NCBI GenBank assembly: GCA_963674595.2
Contig: CAXXFV010000027.1
Coordinates: 352,001-416,000 of the forward strand
From: a bacterium
GTDB taxonomy: Bacteria > Zhuqueibacterota > Zhuqueibacteria > Residuimicrobiales > Krinioviventaceae
Direction: 5' to 3'
Length of the DNA stretch: 64,000 bases
The notes under the pieces: generated by a model
What the model was told of the DNA's origin: nothing
Database searches by the model: none
The model's input: the letters and a program-made list of their open reading frames with translations, nothing else
Translations under genes and position numbers: made by a program
In this document: in pieces, positions 11,314-20,657 of the stretch
Numbering within the stretch: the stretch's first letter is position 1
Layout: each line of letters opens with the position of its first letter

Positions 11314-11435
11314 TTTATCCTCCGGTTACTTTTTACACAATAATTTATATAAAAATTAAAAAAACGTCTTTTTGCCACAAAAATTTTCCTTAAAATTCAT
11401 CTTTACATAAAGATATGTTCTTGCCTATTGACCTG

Positions 11436-13562
11436 TCAATCTTGTTTCTTATATTTGATCAAAGCCGAGCCTGGTTGTTTGGTAATGCTGACCAACAGCC
11501 CTGTTTCGACAAGCTCTTTTCCTAAAATCTTATCCTGTTTACCGGTATCAACATCCGTTACAACATACTGTGCATCCGGCTGCAAACCGGTTAATTGCAA
11601 ACGGGATGATTCATAAACACTGTTTTCCCTGCGAAAAGCCTGAATCATTCCTTCTCCTTTTTCAGGCAGATCAAACTGCCAGGCAAGCCAGGCCGTGTTT
11701 TCCTGACTATAGGGCGTCAGCGGATAATAATCACCGTAATAATATTTCTGAACATCAGCATATTGTTTTAAAACATCTTTGGTTTCCTGGGATTTATCGC
11801 CTTGATTGGGGTCCCATAATTGAACACTCAGTCCCGCTGTCATAATACTGCGAATTTCATATTCATTGCCCTTTGCCAGCATGGCACTTCGTCCGGCAGT
11901 ATGTAAAGGCACCCAATGGAACAGACCAAAGCTATGGCATTGCGCATGAATAGCGCTTCGTCCCCAGTCAGTACGGTGCAGGGGAACACTTCGTCCGATT
12001 GTTTCCAGATCAATCCGCCTGCCGCCGCTGGCGCAATTGTCTATTTGTAAATGCGGAAAACGTGCCAACAAGTCATCCCAAAATTTATAGAGACCTTCAA
12101 TATAACGAATTTCCGTCATACCCTGCCGATCAATCTCATCCGCTTCATGCCAGTATTCTATCGGAGCGATGTTGGCATCTTCACGATACCAGTCCAGGCC
12201 CCATTCGTTAATTTTTTGAGAAAGAAAATCGGTTAAAAACTTCCGTGCATCGTCATTTCCCAGGTTTAACAGCAGTTCATGTTCGGTCATTTGACTGCGA
12301 CGACTTTCGCAATGAATCCATTGCGGATCATCATGAGGGACCGGCCAGTCCGTACCTGTTCGCCACTGCTGATAACGTTCCATTGCGTTATTCAGTTCCA
12401 AAGTCCATCCCTCTTTATTCTTGAACTGATACCAGGGTGTTCCTTTACATATTCTGAATAGTTCAAACCAGAGTAAAAAATCCCGATCTGACTTGTGCAG
12501 CTTTTGTGTGAAAGGTTGAAATTCCTGTGGATATAAATTATGTTTTACCTGCCAATCTCCGGCTTGTGATCTCCATTCACTTTTTCCGAACCATTCAGCA
12601 TCAATCCAGTAAAGCTGAACAGGGATGTCGTAATCAATAATTTTATTAATGTGTTTAAAGTGCTCTTCAGCGGTCCAGCCTCCCCATGTTGCCAAAATAA
12701 CCGGCAATGTCATGGGCTTGCCATTAACCTGCGGGCGGTGATGCGTTAAAATAAACCGACGTAACAGATTATTTCCGCGCAGCCATTGTCGCTCCGGTGC
12801 AACTGTAGAGTTCCCCTGCCAAAACATAAGTAAAATTCTGGGCGTGCGTATTTCCTCACCAGGGTGCAGTTTTAAATGCGTTAATGCCATACCCGATTGC
12901 ATAAATACGTTGTCTTTGACACTACGCTTAAAGTTTGCCGCCCACTCGCCTGTCCAGCCGACTCCTAAAATCGTACCTTTTGAACCCATATCAATGTTAA
13001 AAAACGGTAAAATTTCACTTGAAGAACGACCGCCACCGGGTTGAAGATGAATATTGGTATTTGTCTCCAGTTTTTTCTCAACCGGTTCATAATCCTGGAT
13101 ACAGCACAAAGCCCCCTTTGAATAATGCAAAACCGGGGTTGTTTCAGCTACAATCAGACTGTCACTCAACGGCATAATGTTATCAATAATCGGCGTATCT
13201 TTTTTACCGGTATTTTTCAAATGCAAAACCCATTCAATAGCCGGAAAATCACGGTAGATAGTCGCTTCGACAGTCACCTTGAGTCCCGATTGCGAATCTG
13301 TAAATGAAATTGTTTTTAACGTCCGATTTTCATCCAGCTTACGGGAGTCAGCTCTCTTTTTCCAATTACCAATAATGTCAGAAGAGTATTGACCGTTCAA
13401 GATAAAAGAAAACGGCATTTCAGAAACATCGGTTCCCAAATTTTCTTCAACCCAGTTCTCAAGTTGGATCATCTCTTCAGGAGAAGCCGTAACCGCCCAC
13501 ACAGCTTTAGATGTAACACAAAGCATTGATAAAACAAACAATAAAACTAATTTTTTTTTCAT
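11436..13562 (-). CDS. Alpha-galactosidase, GH36 family
   Basis: WIDAEW, FLLWFE, YREDAN (nucleophile region), DNCASGGRRID and RTD motifs; GH36 C-terminal domain (GDYYPL...LTGLQPDAQY). Confidence 0.85.
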   Translation of the reverse strand: MKKKLVLLFVLSMLCVTSKAVWAVTASPEEMIQLENWVEENLGTDVSEMPFSFILNGQYSSDIIGNWKKRADSRKLDENRTLKTISFTDSQSGLKVTVEATIYRDFPAIEWVLHLKNTGKKDTPIIDNIMPLSDSLIVAETTPVLHYSKGALCCIQDYEPVEKKLETNTNIHLQPGGGRSSSEILPFFNIDMGSKGTILGVGWTGEWAANFKRSVKDNVFMQSGMALTHLKLHPGEEIRTPRILLMFWQGNSTVAPERQWLRGNNLLRRFILTHHRPQVNGKPMTLPVILATWGGWTAEEHFKHINKIIDYDIPVQLYWIDAEWFGKSEWRSQAGDWQVKHNLYPQEFQPFTQKLHKSDRDFLLWFELFRICKGTPWYQFKNKEGWTLELNNAMERYQQWRTGTDWPVPHDDPQWIHCESRRSQMTEHELLLNLGNDDARKFLTDFLSQKINEWGLDWYREDANIAPIEYWHEADEIDRQGMTEIRYIEGLYKFWDDLLARFPHLQIDNCASGGRRIDLETIGRSVPLHRTDWGRSAIHAQCHSFGLFHWVPLHTAGRSAMLAKGNEYEIRSIMTAGLSVQLWDPNQGDKSQETKDVLKQYADVQKYYYGDYYPLTPYSQENTAWLAWQFDLPEKGEGMIQAFRRENSVYESSRLQLTGLQPDAQYVVTDVDTGKQDKILGKELVETGLLVSITKQPGSALIKYKKQD

Positions 13563-13675
13563 TGTTCCGTATCTCCTTTGTATATCGATTTACAAAATTT
13601 TAATTTTTAAAAATATGCAATAGTCTAAACGTTATATAATATAATATATTACACAATTTCACTTGAAACAGGATA

Positions 13676-15685
13676 CTATTTCACCAAAACCATTTTCCTC
13701 ATTTGAACATCTGATCCGGCTTTAATACGGTAAAAGTAAACACCGCTGGGAAATTGGGCCGCGTTCCAGTTAATTTGATACTCACCGGCATTTTGAGCTT
13801 TATCCAATAAAACAGCAACCTGACGACCCAAGAGATCATATATTGTCAGGTTTACCGGACCGGAAGCGGCAAGACTGTATTGGATTGTTGTATTTGGATT
13901 AAAAGGATTCGGATAATTTTGTTGTAATGCAAACCCATGAATCAGGCTATTTTCCTTAGTAACTGACGTCAGTGTTGAAAAATCAATCTCTTCAACATAT
14001 TGGGGAATATATCCGCTGACACCATCCTGATCCTCAGCCTGAATCATAATATCATAAACAGAGGAATAATCCTGTAATGGTAATGACAGCGAAAAAGAGC
14101 CCTGATTTCTTTTCATTGAAAATTTACTATACTCAGAATTATTGGTTTCTTTAATGAAAAAATCAACAATTCCGTTCTTATTAATGTCACCGGACAGCGG
14201 CAATTGAAAACGGACAGAGTCGGTTTCCTTAATTGTATTGAGTTTGTGCAGCGTTAACTCATTGGAATAAAGATTTTGAAAAGCATAGGTTAAAACATTG
14301 GTCGAATTTTCAATTGACTGATCTACCGGGAAATTTGGTTTGTGACTTATATAATTAACATCCTCATCAAAAAAATAAATTTTTGCCAAATCAACATTAA
14401 TTATAGTTCCATCATTTCCGTTAGAAGTTATTTTCAGTGAATCGATCGTGCCCAGATCAATAAAATCCGGCATAACAACGGATTGCCAATGTTCACCATT
14501 TCCGGCAGTTACCTGCCTGCCATACCATTTTTCATCGTCTTTTAATTTAACATAAAAGCCTAAATTTCGTCCCGTATTATTTGAAACAGAATAATTAAAA
14601 AACAAATGATATACCGGATCAGTAAATTCAAAACTATCAGGATCATGATGATAGCCGCTATCAAAAACACGGGGTGAATTCTCATGTCGTCCGGCATAAC
14701 AGTACATTCCATAATCCCTGCGAATTTCTTTAATCCATATTTCCATTATTTCCGGATGAGAGTCATAAAAAGAATGATATTCAGAACTTATAAATGGTAG
14801 AATAAACTGCGGATACCTGTTTTTCTCCTCACCTATACCAAATCCATAGGAAAAATTATTATTTGAACTCCCTACTTTGATTGTTGGATGATAATTTCTC
14901 AATGCACGACTATAATTACGTTTATGATGCCCGGTACCCTGATAATACTTTTCAATAAATTTCAAACTATCATCAGAAACATCAATCGTAACATCCCAAT
15001 ACCATTCCACATCCAATGAACTGGCGCGGTCACTCCAAAATTGCTCATAGTCCTGATTTGCTACCGGTTGCCCCATATGTCCGGTATCGTGGGAAAAAAT
15101 AATATTGTTGTAATAGCGCCGAACAGGAGTATTCTCAGGCTGTTGATAATAAACAACAAGAGGGATATCATCTTTGGAATATATCTTGTACGTGTTTAAA
15201 TAGGGCATCAATAAACACGGATAAAAATACGGATTATCCGGTTTTACCAATGCTATTTTTATAGAATCTATTCTAACGAATTCAGCGTCTGGTGAAGATT
15301 TTTCTTTATTAAAAATAATGTCTATATAGTGCTCGCCGGCGCCAAGTTCCCATAAATAACGCGGATATTCATACTTTTTTCTTCCCATAAATGTGATTAC
15401 GACCTGTCGTGTAAACTCAATATCATCTACACAAAAATCACACACAGCGCTTTCGTTATTATATTCCTGCCAGTCCGTATCAGATGACATAACAAATCCA
15501 GCCAATACAGCGCCACTATCCGGGATTGAAAAATAAAATCTCATGGAATCGTCTTCTGCTGTCAATTTTTCACCGACATAATAAGAAACAAACTCCTGAT
15601 TATAATAATCTGCATAGGTATATCCGGCAGCAAAAAATAAAATCAGAGTCATAATACCATAAACTCGATATGTAATATGTTTCAT
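13676..15685 (-). CDS. Secreted protein of unknown function with T9SS type-A-like C-terminal sorting domain
   Basis: Signal peptide; C-terminal LQQNYPNPFNP...SGVYFYRIK...KMVLVK; no recognisable catalytic domain. Confidence 0.75.
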   Translation of the reverse strand: MKHITYRVYGIMTLILFFAAGYTYADYYNQEFVSYYVGEKLTAEDDSMRFYFSIPDSGAVLAGFVMSSDTDWQEYNNESAVCDFCVDDIEFTRQVVITFMGRKKYEYPRYLWELGAGEHYIDIIFNKEKSSPDAEFVRIDSIKIALVKPDNPYFYPCLLMPYLNTYKIYSKDDIPLVVYYQQPENTPVRRYYNNIIFSHDTGHMGQPVANQDYEQFWSDRASSLDVEWYWDVTIDVSDDSLKFIEKYYQGTGHHKRNYSRALRNYHPTIKVGSSNNNFSYGFGIGEEKNRYPQFILPFISSEYHSFYDSHPEIMEIWIKEIRRDYGMYCYAGRHENSPRVFDSGYHHDPDSFEFTDPVYHLFFNYSVSNNTGRNLGFYVKLKDDEKWYGRQVTAGNGEHWQSVVMPDFIDLGTIDSLKITSNGNDGTIINVDLAKIYFFDEDVNYISHKPNFPVDQSIENSTNVLTYAFQNLYSNELTLHKLNTIKETDSVRFQLPLSGDINKNGIVDFFIKETNNSEYSKFSMKRNQGSFSLSLPLQDYSSVYDIMIQAEDQDGVSGYIPQYVEEIDFSTLTSVTKENSLIHGFALQQNYPNPFNPNTTIQYSLAASGPVNLTIYDLLGRQVAVLLDKAQNAGEYQINWNAAQFPSGVYFYRIKAGSDVQMRKMVLVK

Positions 15686-15699
15686 TTTTTTCTTCCTTG

Positions 15700-17991
15700 T
15701 TATTTTACCAATACCATTTTCCGTGTCTGAACTTTTGAACCGGCTTTAAGTCTATAAATATATACACCGCTTGGGAACCGAGCAGCGTTCCAGTCAAGCT
15801 GAAATTCGCCGGCCTTTTGATTTTTATCGACGAGAACAGCCACCTGACGGCCTAATAAATCATAAACTGTCAGGTTTACATGCCCTGCACGGGACAAGCT
15901 GTAATTGATTTTCGTTACCGGATTGAATGGATTGGGATAGTTTTGCTCTAAATCAAAAGCAAGGGGGATACTTGTCTTGGTGGAATTTTTAACATCGGTC
16001 GTCTGACCAACTTTGAACAAAGTTCCTCCACCTGGCAAAAAATCAAAAACAAATGTTGATCCTTCGACAGAATTTTCAATTTGAATATCCTGCCACTGTC
16101 CTGTTACAACATTAAAATATGCAGCACTTTCTACGTTTCGGTTCAATATAACCTGAAGTGATTTGTCTTCATCATAATTTCTGTTCATTAGCATAAAATA
16201 TTCTTGCTCTTCTTTATCCTTAAAAAATCCAACCATAAACGGACTTTCGGGTGTGATTGATTTAAGCAAACATTGGTCTGGTAAAATTTTACAGCCAAGC
16301 GGCACCTGACTCAGATGATACGTTCCTGTAGATGTTAAATTCATTAAAACAGGTCCCAAAGCTCTGATCTCAGAATTTAGACTTTGGATAGCGGCATAGG
16401 CTTCTTCCTTTTCAGGTGATGTCATAATACCATAAGAACCCGCCCATGCAAAATAGGTAATCCCCCTGGTTCCATAAGCCAAAGAAGAATAAACCAGCCA
16501 TCGATATTCATTTTTATTCAGTTTTCGCCATACATCGGGTCTAACCTGGCTATTAATTGCCTGAATGATAATACAAAAGGGAACATCGTATAAAAGTGCA
16601 TATTTTCTTATAATTTCAAGGTTCATAAAATAATCAATTCCATCCGGCGGAGTGACAAAGAAATTATAATGATCATAAGACAAAACTTCAGGTTTTACAA
16701 TTTCCATAAACTGTTTCACATGTTCATCATAACCCGATGTACCTAATTGTTCGTTGCTGGCATACGTGGGAAAAAGATTAATAAAGGAGACCCGTTCAGG
16801 ATCACGTTTTCGGATATAGGAAACAACCTTGCCGAGATTTTCAAAAGCTTTGGCATTTGGTTCATCAACAACGTGATGACCTATAATGTGATCAATATCT
16901 TTAAATTCATTTAAAACAGGATCCAAAACACTTAAATCTTCGTCCATTATTGGTTCAGGAACTAAATTATCTCTGGCGGCAAAATCTCCGGGTATTTTTG
17001 AATAAATATTTAAAAAACAATCCATTCCATAATTTTTTACAAAGTCTACCTGAGACAGATCAGTATTCACACGGTTAATAGTATTAAAATTTGCAGCATA
17101 ATACTCATCATAATCTTCGGTTGTTTGTGCAGGAGCACTCCACGCAGAGATAATAAAAGAATCCTGTTTCCAATACAAATCAGTAAAATCAGCTTTAATA
17201 ATAGCGTCTGTTGTGTCTGAGGTGTCGGAAAAAATATTTAGATTAATTTCAAGTTCTCCAGTGACCGGACAAGCAATCGTCCACATTAAAGAATCTACGT
17301 TGTTAATTTCAAGATTATTTTTTGTTGTTATAGATGTACCGGACGTTAAATCTATTTCATCAGGTAATGATAATACAGCTTTATAATTTTCAATTAACTT
17401 ATCGCCGCTATTTGTAATAACCGCTAAAAGAGGAACAGTATCATCCGTTTTAAAAACAGTCCGCAAAGGTTTAAATTCTACATTAAATCGTTCTCCCATG
17501 GAGACAATCCGGATATAGTCTATATGAAATGTGATACCGGGTGCGCTCGTAAAACTTAGTTTGGTGAAACAAGTAATTTGACTCGTCCATTTTTCATTAT
17601 TGACAACCGGAATTTTATACTCATGAAACAAGCTGTCTCCAGCCATTACAAACTGCATGGAACCGGAGGTTCCGGCATCATTGTCCCAATAAATTTTACC
17701 TGTCTTGACACCATTTGCCTTAATCCGAATAAAGACATAGCCATAATCAACGGCGCTAATAGAAAAATCAGGCCCTTTTAGAGCCGGATTATAACCATTG
17801 ACGGTTGCATCGAGTGTACTGTCGGAAACAGATACATCAGCAAGTGAACGATTTATCTGCCACCCTTCAGTGTCCCCAGCCGTATTAAAATCCCAACCCA
17901 TACCAATTTCCTGAGCAAAACCATTTAATCCAGCAAAAAATAAAAGATAAACCATTACAAACATTTTCAGATAATTCATCATACTCTCCAT
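15700..17991 (-). CDS. Secreted putative TIM-barrel glycoside hydrolase with beta-sandwich modules and T9SS-like C-terminal domain
   Basis: VVDEP, LSYDHY and YSSLAYGTRGITYF motifs (clan GH-A-like); QNYPNPFNP tail. Confidence 0.7.
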   Translation of the reverse strand: MESMMNYLKMFVMVYLLFFAGLNGFAQEIGMGWDFNTAGDTEGWQINRSLADVSVSDSTLDATVNGYNPALKGPDFSISAVDYGYVFIRIKANGVKTGKIYWDNDAGTSGSMQFVMAGDSLFHEYKIPVVNNEKWTSQITCFTKLSFTSAPGITFHIDYIRIVSMGERFNVEFKPLRTVFKTDDTVPLLAVITNSGDKLIENYKAVLSLPDEIDLTSGTSITTKNNLEINNVDSLMWTIACPVTGELEINLNIFSDTSDTTDAIIKADFTDLYWKQDSFIISAWSAPAQTTEDYDEYYAANFNTINRVNTDLSQVDFVKNYGMDCFLNIYSKIPGDFAARDNLVPEPIMDEDLSVLDPVLNEFKDIDHIIGHHVVDEPNAKAFENLGKVVSYIRKRDPERVSFINLFPTYASNEQLGTSGYDEHVKQFMEIVKPEVLSYDHYNFFVTPPDGIDYFMNLEIIRKYALLYDVPFCIIIQAINSQVRPDVWRKLNKNEYRWLVYSSLAYGTRGITYFAWAGSYGIMTSPEKEEAYAAIQSLNSEIRALGPVLMNLTSTGTYHLSQVPLGCKILPDQCLLKSITPESPFMVGFFKDKEEQEYFMLMNRNYDEDKSLQVILNRNVESAAYFNVVTGQWQDIQIENSVEGSTFVFDFLPGGGTLFKVGQTTDVKNSTKTSIPLAFDLEQNYPNPFNPVTKINYSLSRAGHVNLTVYDLLGRQVAVLVDKNQKAGEFQLDWNAARFPSGVYIYRLKAGSKVQTRKMVLVK

Positions 17992-17998
17992 TAAATAA

Positions 17999-20296
17999 TT
18001 ATTTCACCAATACCATTTTCCGTGTCTGAACTTTTGAACCTGTTTTAAGACGATAAATATAAACACCGCTTGGGAATTGAACAGCGCTCCAGTCAAGCTG
18101 AAATTCGCCGGCTTTTTGATTTTTATCCACAAGAACTGCGACCTGACGACCCAATAAATCATAAACGGTCAATTTTACATGTCCTGCATGGGACAAGCTG
18201 TAATTAATTTTCGTAACCGGATTAAATGGATTGGGATAGTTTTGGTAGAGCCGAAAGGTTGTAGACAGGGTTTTTGAGTTTTCATCTACAAACGTATTTT
18301 CGTTACCAATTTTAAATAAAGCGCCGCCACCAGCTAAAAAACTGAAATTAAATGATGAACCACTGATAGTATTAGTTAGAGGGATACTTGCCCATTCACC
18401 TGCATCTATATTATAATAATAAAGGTCATCGATGGTTTTGTTCAAAGTAATTGTTGTTGAAACACTATCCTGATAATCCTTATTAGTTAATATCATATAA
18501 TCTGCATGTTTATCATCTTGGAACATACCAACAACCAGATCCGCATTGTTGGAAGCGGTTTGTACAAAAGCATCAGACGGCATTTCACTACAACTATAAG
18601 GAGTATTTAAAATATGATATATTGATGTTGAAGTTAATGGAAGAATATAGGGGCCCAACGCATTTATTTCTTGATTAAGCTTGCGAAAACCAGGTAAAAG
18701 CTCAGTACAATTAGGCTGTTCCATAAATCCCCAGTTATTCCAGTACAAAATAAAATGATGAAAACCTTTAACGCCATAAGCTAAAGATGTATAAATTTGA
18801 AATCTGATTTCATCTATAGTCGGCATCCTTAAATTATACTCAGCACTTCCATAGATTTGAATACAATTAAAATGTGGAATATCGTATAACAAAGCATATT
18901 TACGATAAACTTGCATATTCTTATAAAAACTGTTATCGAATGGATGATTTGCGTAATCCGTAAAAGGATAGAGATTATAACTTAAAATGTCAGGTTGGAC
19001 TTGATCAATAAATTTTTCTACATATCCATCTTCACCTCCCCACACATTACTGAAAAAATCTCCACTTGTTGCCAAAATACTTATAAAACTCATTTTTTCA
19101 GGGGCAATTTTTCTAAGGTATTGTACAGCTTTATTTAGATTTTTATACCCATATCCTTCCCTGTTTGGTTCATCACACAAAAAATAACCAATTATGGAAG
19201 GATTGTCCTTAAATTTATCAATAACAGGATTAAATTTAGCCAAAGCTTCATCACTAACATCGTCAATCGGTTCTCCGGTATTCGGATATTGCCAGTGGTA
19301 TCCAGCAAGATAGCCAATTCTGACCAAACTCCGCATATTATTTTCTGCAAAAAGATTGATAGATTCTTCATCATACGGTAAAACTTGTGAAAAATCATAA
19401 ATACCAGTTTTCTGATAAGCTGTTACTAACGAGTCTCGTCCAATTGTGGACAAGGGTACACCCCAATTTGACACCCAAATTTTATCATACACCCAATATT
19501 TTTCCTGAACATAAAAACTGATACTTTTTTCCACAGTATCTTTTAAACTGCATATCCTTAATGTAACAGTATAATCTCCCTCTATATAAGCCTTAACATT
19601 CCATATTAAGGTGTCCTTCGCCCCCACTTCCATAGTTGTATATTCACTTTCACCTTCTATAGAGACCAGGTCCATCCCTTCCGGCATTAAAAGTTCCAAT
19701 CTGACGAATCCGCTGTCTTTATCACCTGTGCTTTTTAACCTGGTTAACAAAGGTATTTCATGGTCTTTTTTAAATACCGTTCTCAAAGGTTTAAAAGTAG
19801 TCGCTTCCAGCCACAAACCTTTGCTCATAATTTTAATAAAATCAATCTCTACACAAGCTGGACCATTCGTCCAAAATGAAACCTGCAAGCTCGTTATATT
19901 ATCCAACCATTTACTTTTTTCATATACGGGTATTTCATAAACATTATACTGACTATCGGAATTCACAGTAAAATATGTGTAGCCATATTTATTTGTATCC
20001 GTATACCACGAGACCATACCCCGGGTTATATTTTTTGTTTTCATTCTTATTTTAACGTAACCGAAATCATCCGAATTTACACTAAATTCTGAACTTGACA
20101 ATTTTGCAAAGGACTCTGACGTTTCAGCATATAAATTGCTGTCATTACAGGTAATCTCGCTAAATCCCTGACCATTTTGCCAGCCTTCAGTATCTCCTGC
20201 CGTATTAAAATCCCAACCGACACCTATTTCCTGTGCAAAAACGTTGAATGATAAAACTAGAAAACAACAAACACAAAATTTCAAAATATTTTTCAC
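17999..20296 (-). CDS. Paralogue of 15700-17991: secreted putative TIM-barrel glycoside hydrolase with T9SS-like C-terminal domain
   Basis: Same architecture (AQEIGVGWDFNTAGDTEGWQ, LCDEP, LSYNLY, YTSLAYGVKG, QNYPNPFNP); GTG start after GGAGG. Confidence 0.7.
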   Translation of the reverse strand: MKNILKFCVCCFLVLSFNVFAQEIGVGWDFNTAGDTEGWQNGQGFSEITCNDSNLYAETSESFAKLSSSEFSVNSDDFGYVKIRMKTKNITRGMVSWYTDTNKYGYTYFTVNSDSQYNVYEIPVYEKSKWLDNITSLQVSFWTNGPACVEIDFIKIMSKGLWLEATTFKPLRTVFKKDHEIPLLTRLKSTGDKDSGFVRLELLMPEGMDLVSIEGESEYTTMEVGAKDTLIWNVKAYIEGDYTVTLRICSLKDTVEKSISFYVQEKYWVYDKIWVSNWGVPLSTIGRDSLVTAYQKTGIYDFSQVLPYDEESINLFAENNMRSLVRIGYLAGYHWQYPNTGEPIDDVSDEALAKFNPVIDKFKDNPSIIGYFLCDEPNREGYGYKNLNKAVQYLRKIAPEKMSFISILATSGDFFSNVWGGEDGYVEKFIDQVQPDILSYNLYPFTDYANHPFDNSFYKNMQVYRKYALLYDIPHFNCIQIYGSAEYNLRMPTIDEIRFQIYTSLAYGVKGFHHFILYWNNWGFMEQPNCTELLPGFRKLNQEINALGPYILPLTSTSIYHILNTPYSCSEMPSDAFVQTASNNADLVVGMFQDDKHADYMILTNKDYQDSVSTTITLNKTIDDLYYYNIDAGEWASIPLTNTISGSSFNFSFLAGGGALFKIGNENTFVDENSKTLSTTFRLYQNYPNPFNPVTKINYSLSHAGHVKLTVYDLLGRQVAVLVDKNQKAGEFQLDWSAVQFPSGVYIYRLKTGSKVQTRKMVLVK

Positions 20297-20576
20297 CTAG
20301 ACCTCCACTAGTCTTTATTCTGTTTTATATAGCCAGTTTTTTAATCCAATAATATCATTCTAGTTGTTACCAATATTTGTTAACGGATATGGATTAGCAA
20401 AACAGAAAGATCAATTGTCAAACTTGATTTGTTTAACATCATCTTTTCTGATATACTAAAATGATAAAATTTTTGAGTTAATATATAGGGTATTATATCT
20501 TATTCTAATAATTCAGTAATTTATCAGACTTTAATAACTTGCAGTTGGGTATTATTAACGGGATTTCCGGGAAAAA

Positions 20577-20636
20577 AGTGCCGGTAAAATTATTATCAAA
20601 AGAGTTTGAATAGGTAAGGTGTATTTTACCGGCACT
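20577..20636 (-). terminator. Inverted repeat after the GH92 gene (terminator or stabiliser)
   Basis: Perfect 14-bp arms AGTGCCGGTAAAAT/ATTTTACCGGCACT with a 32-nt loop and a T-run following on the minus strand. Confidence 0.55.
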
Positions 20637-20657
20637 GGAACTTTTTTTTTATAGAAA

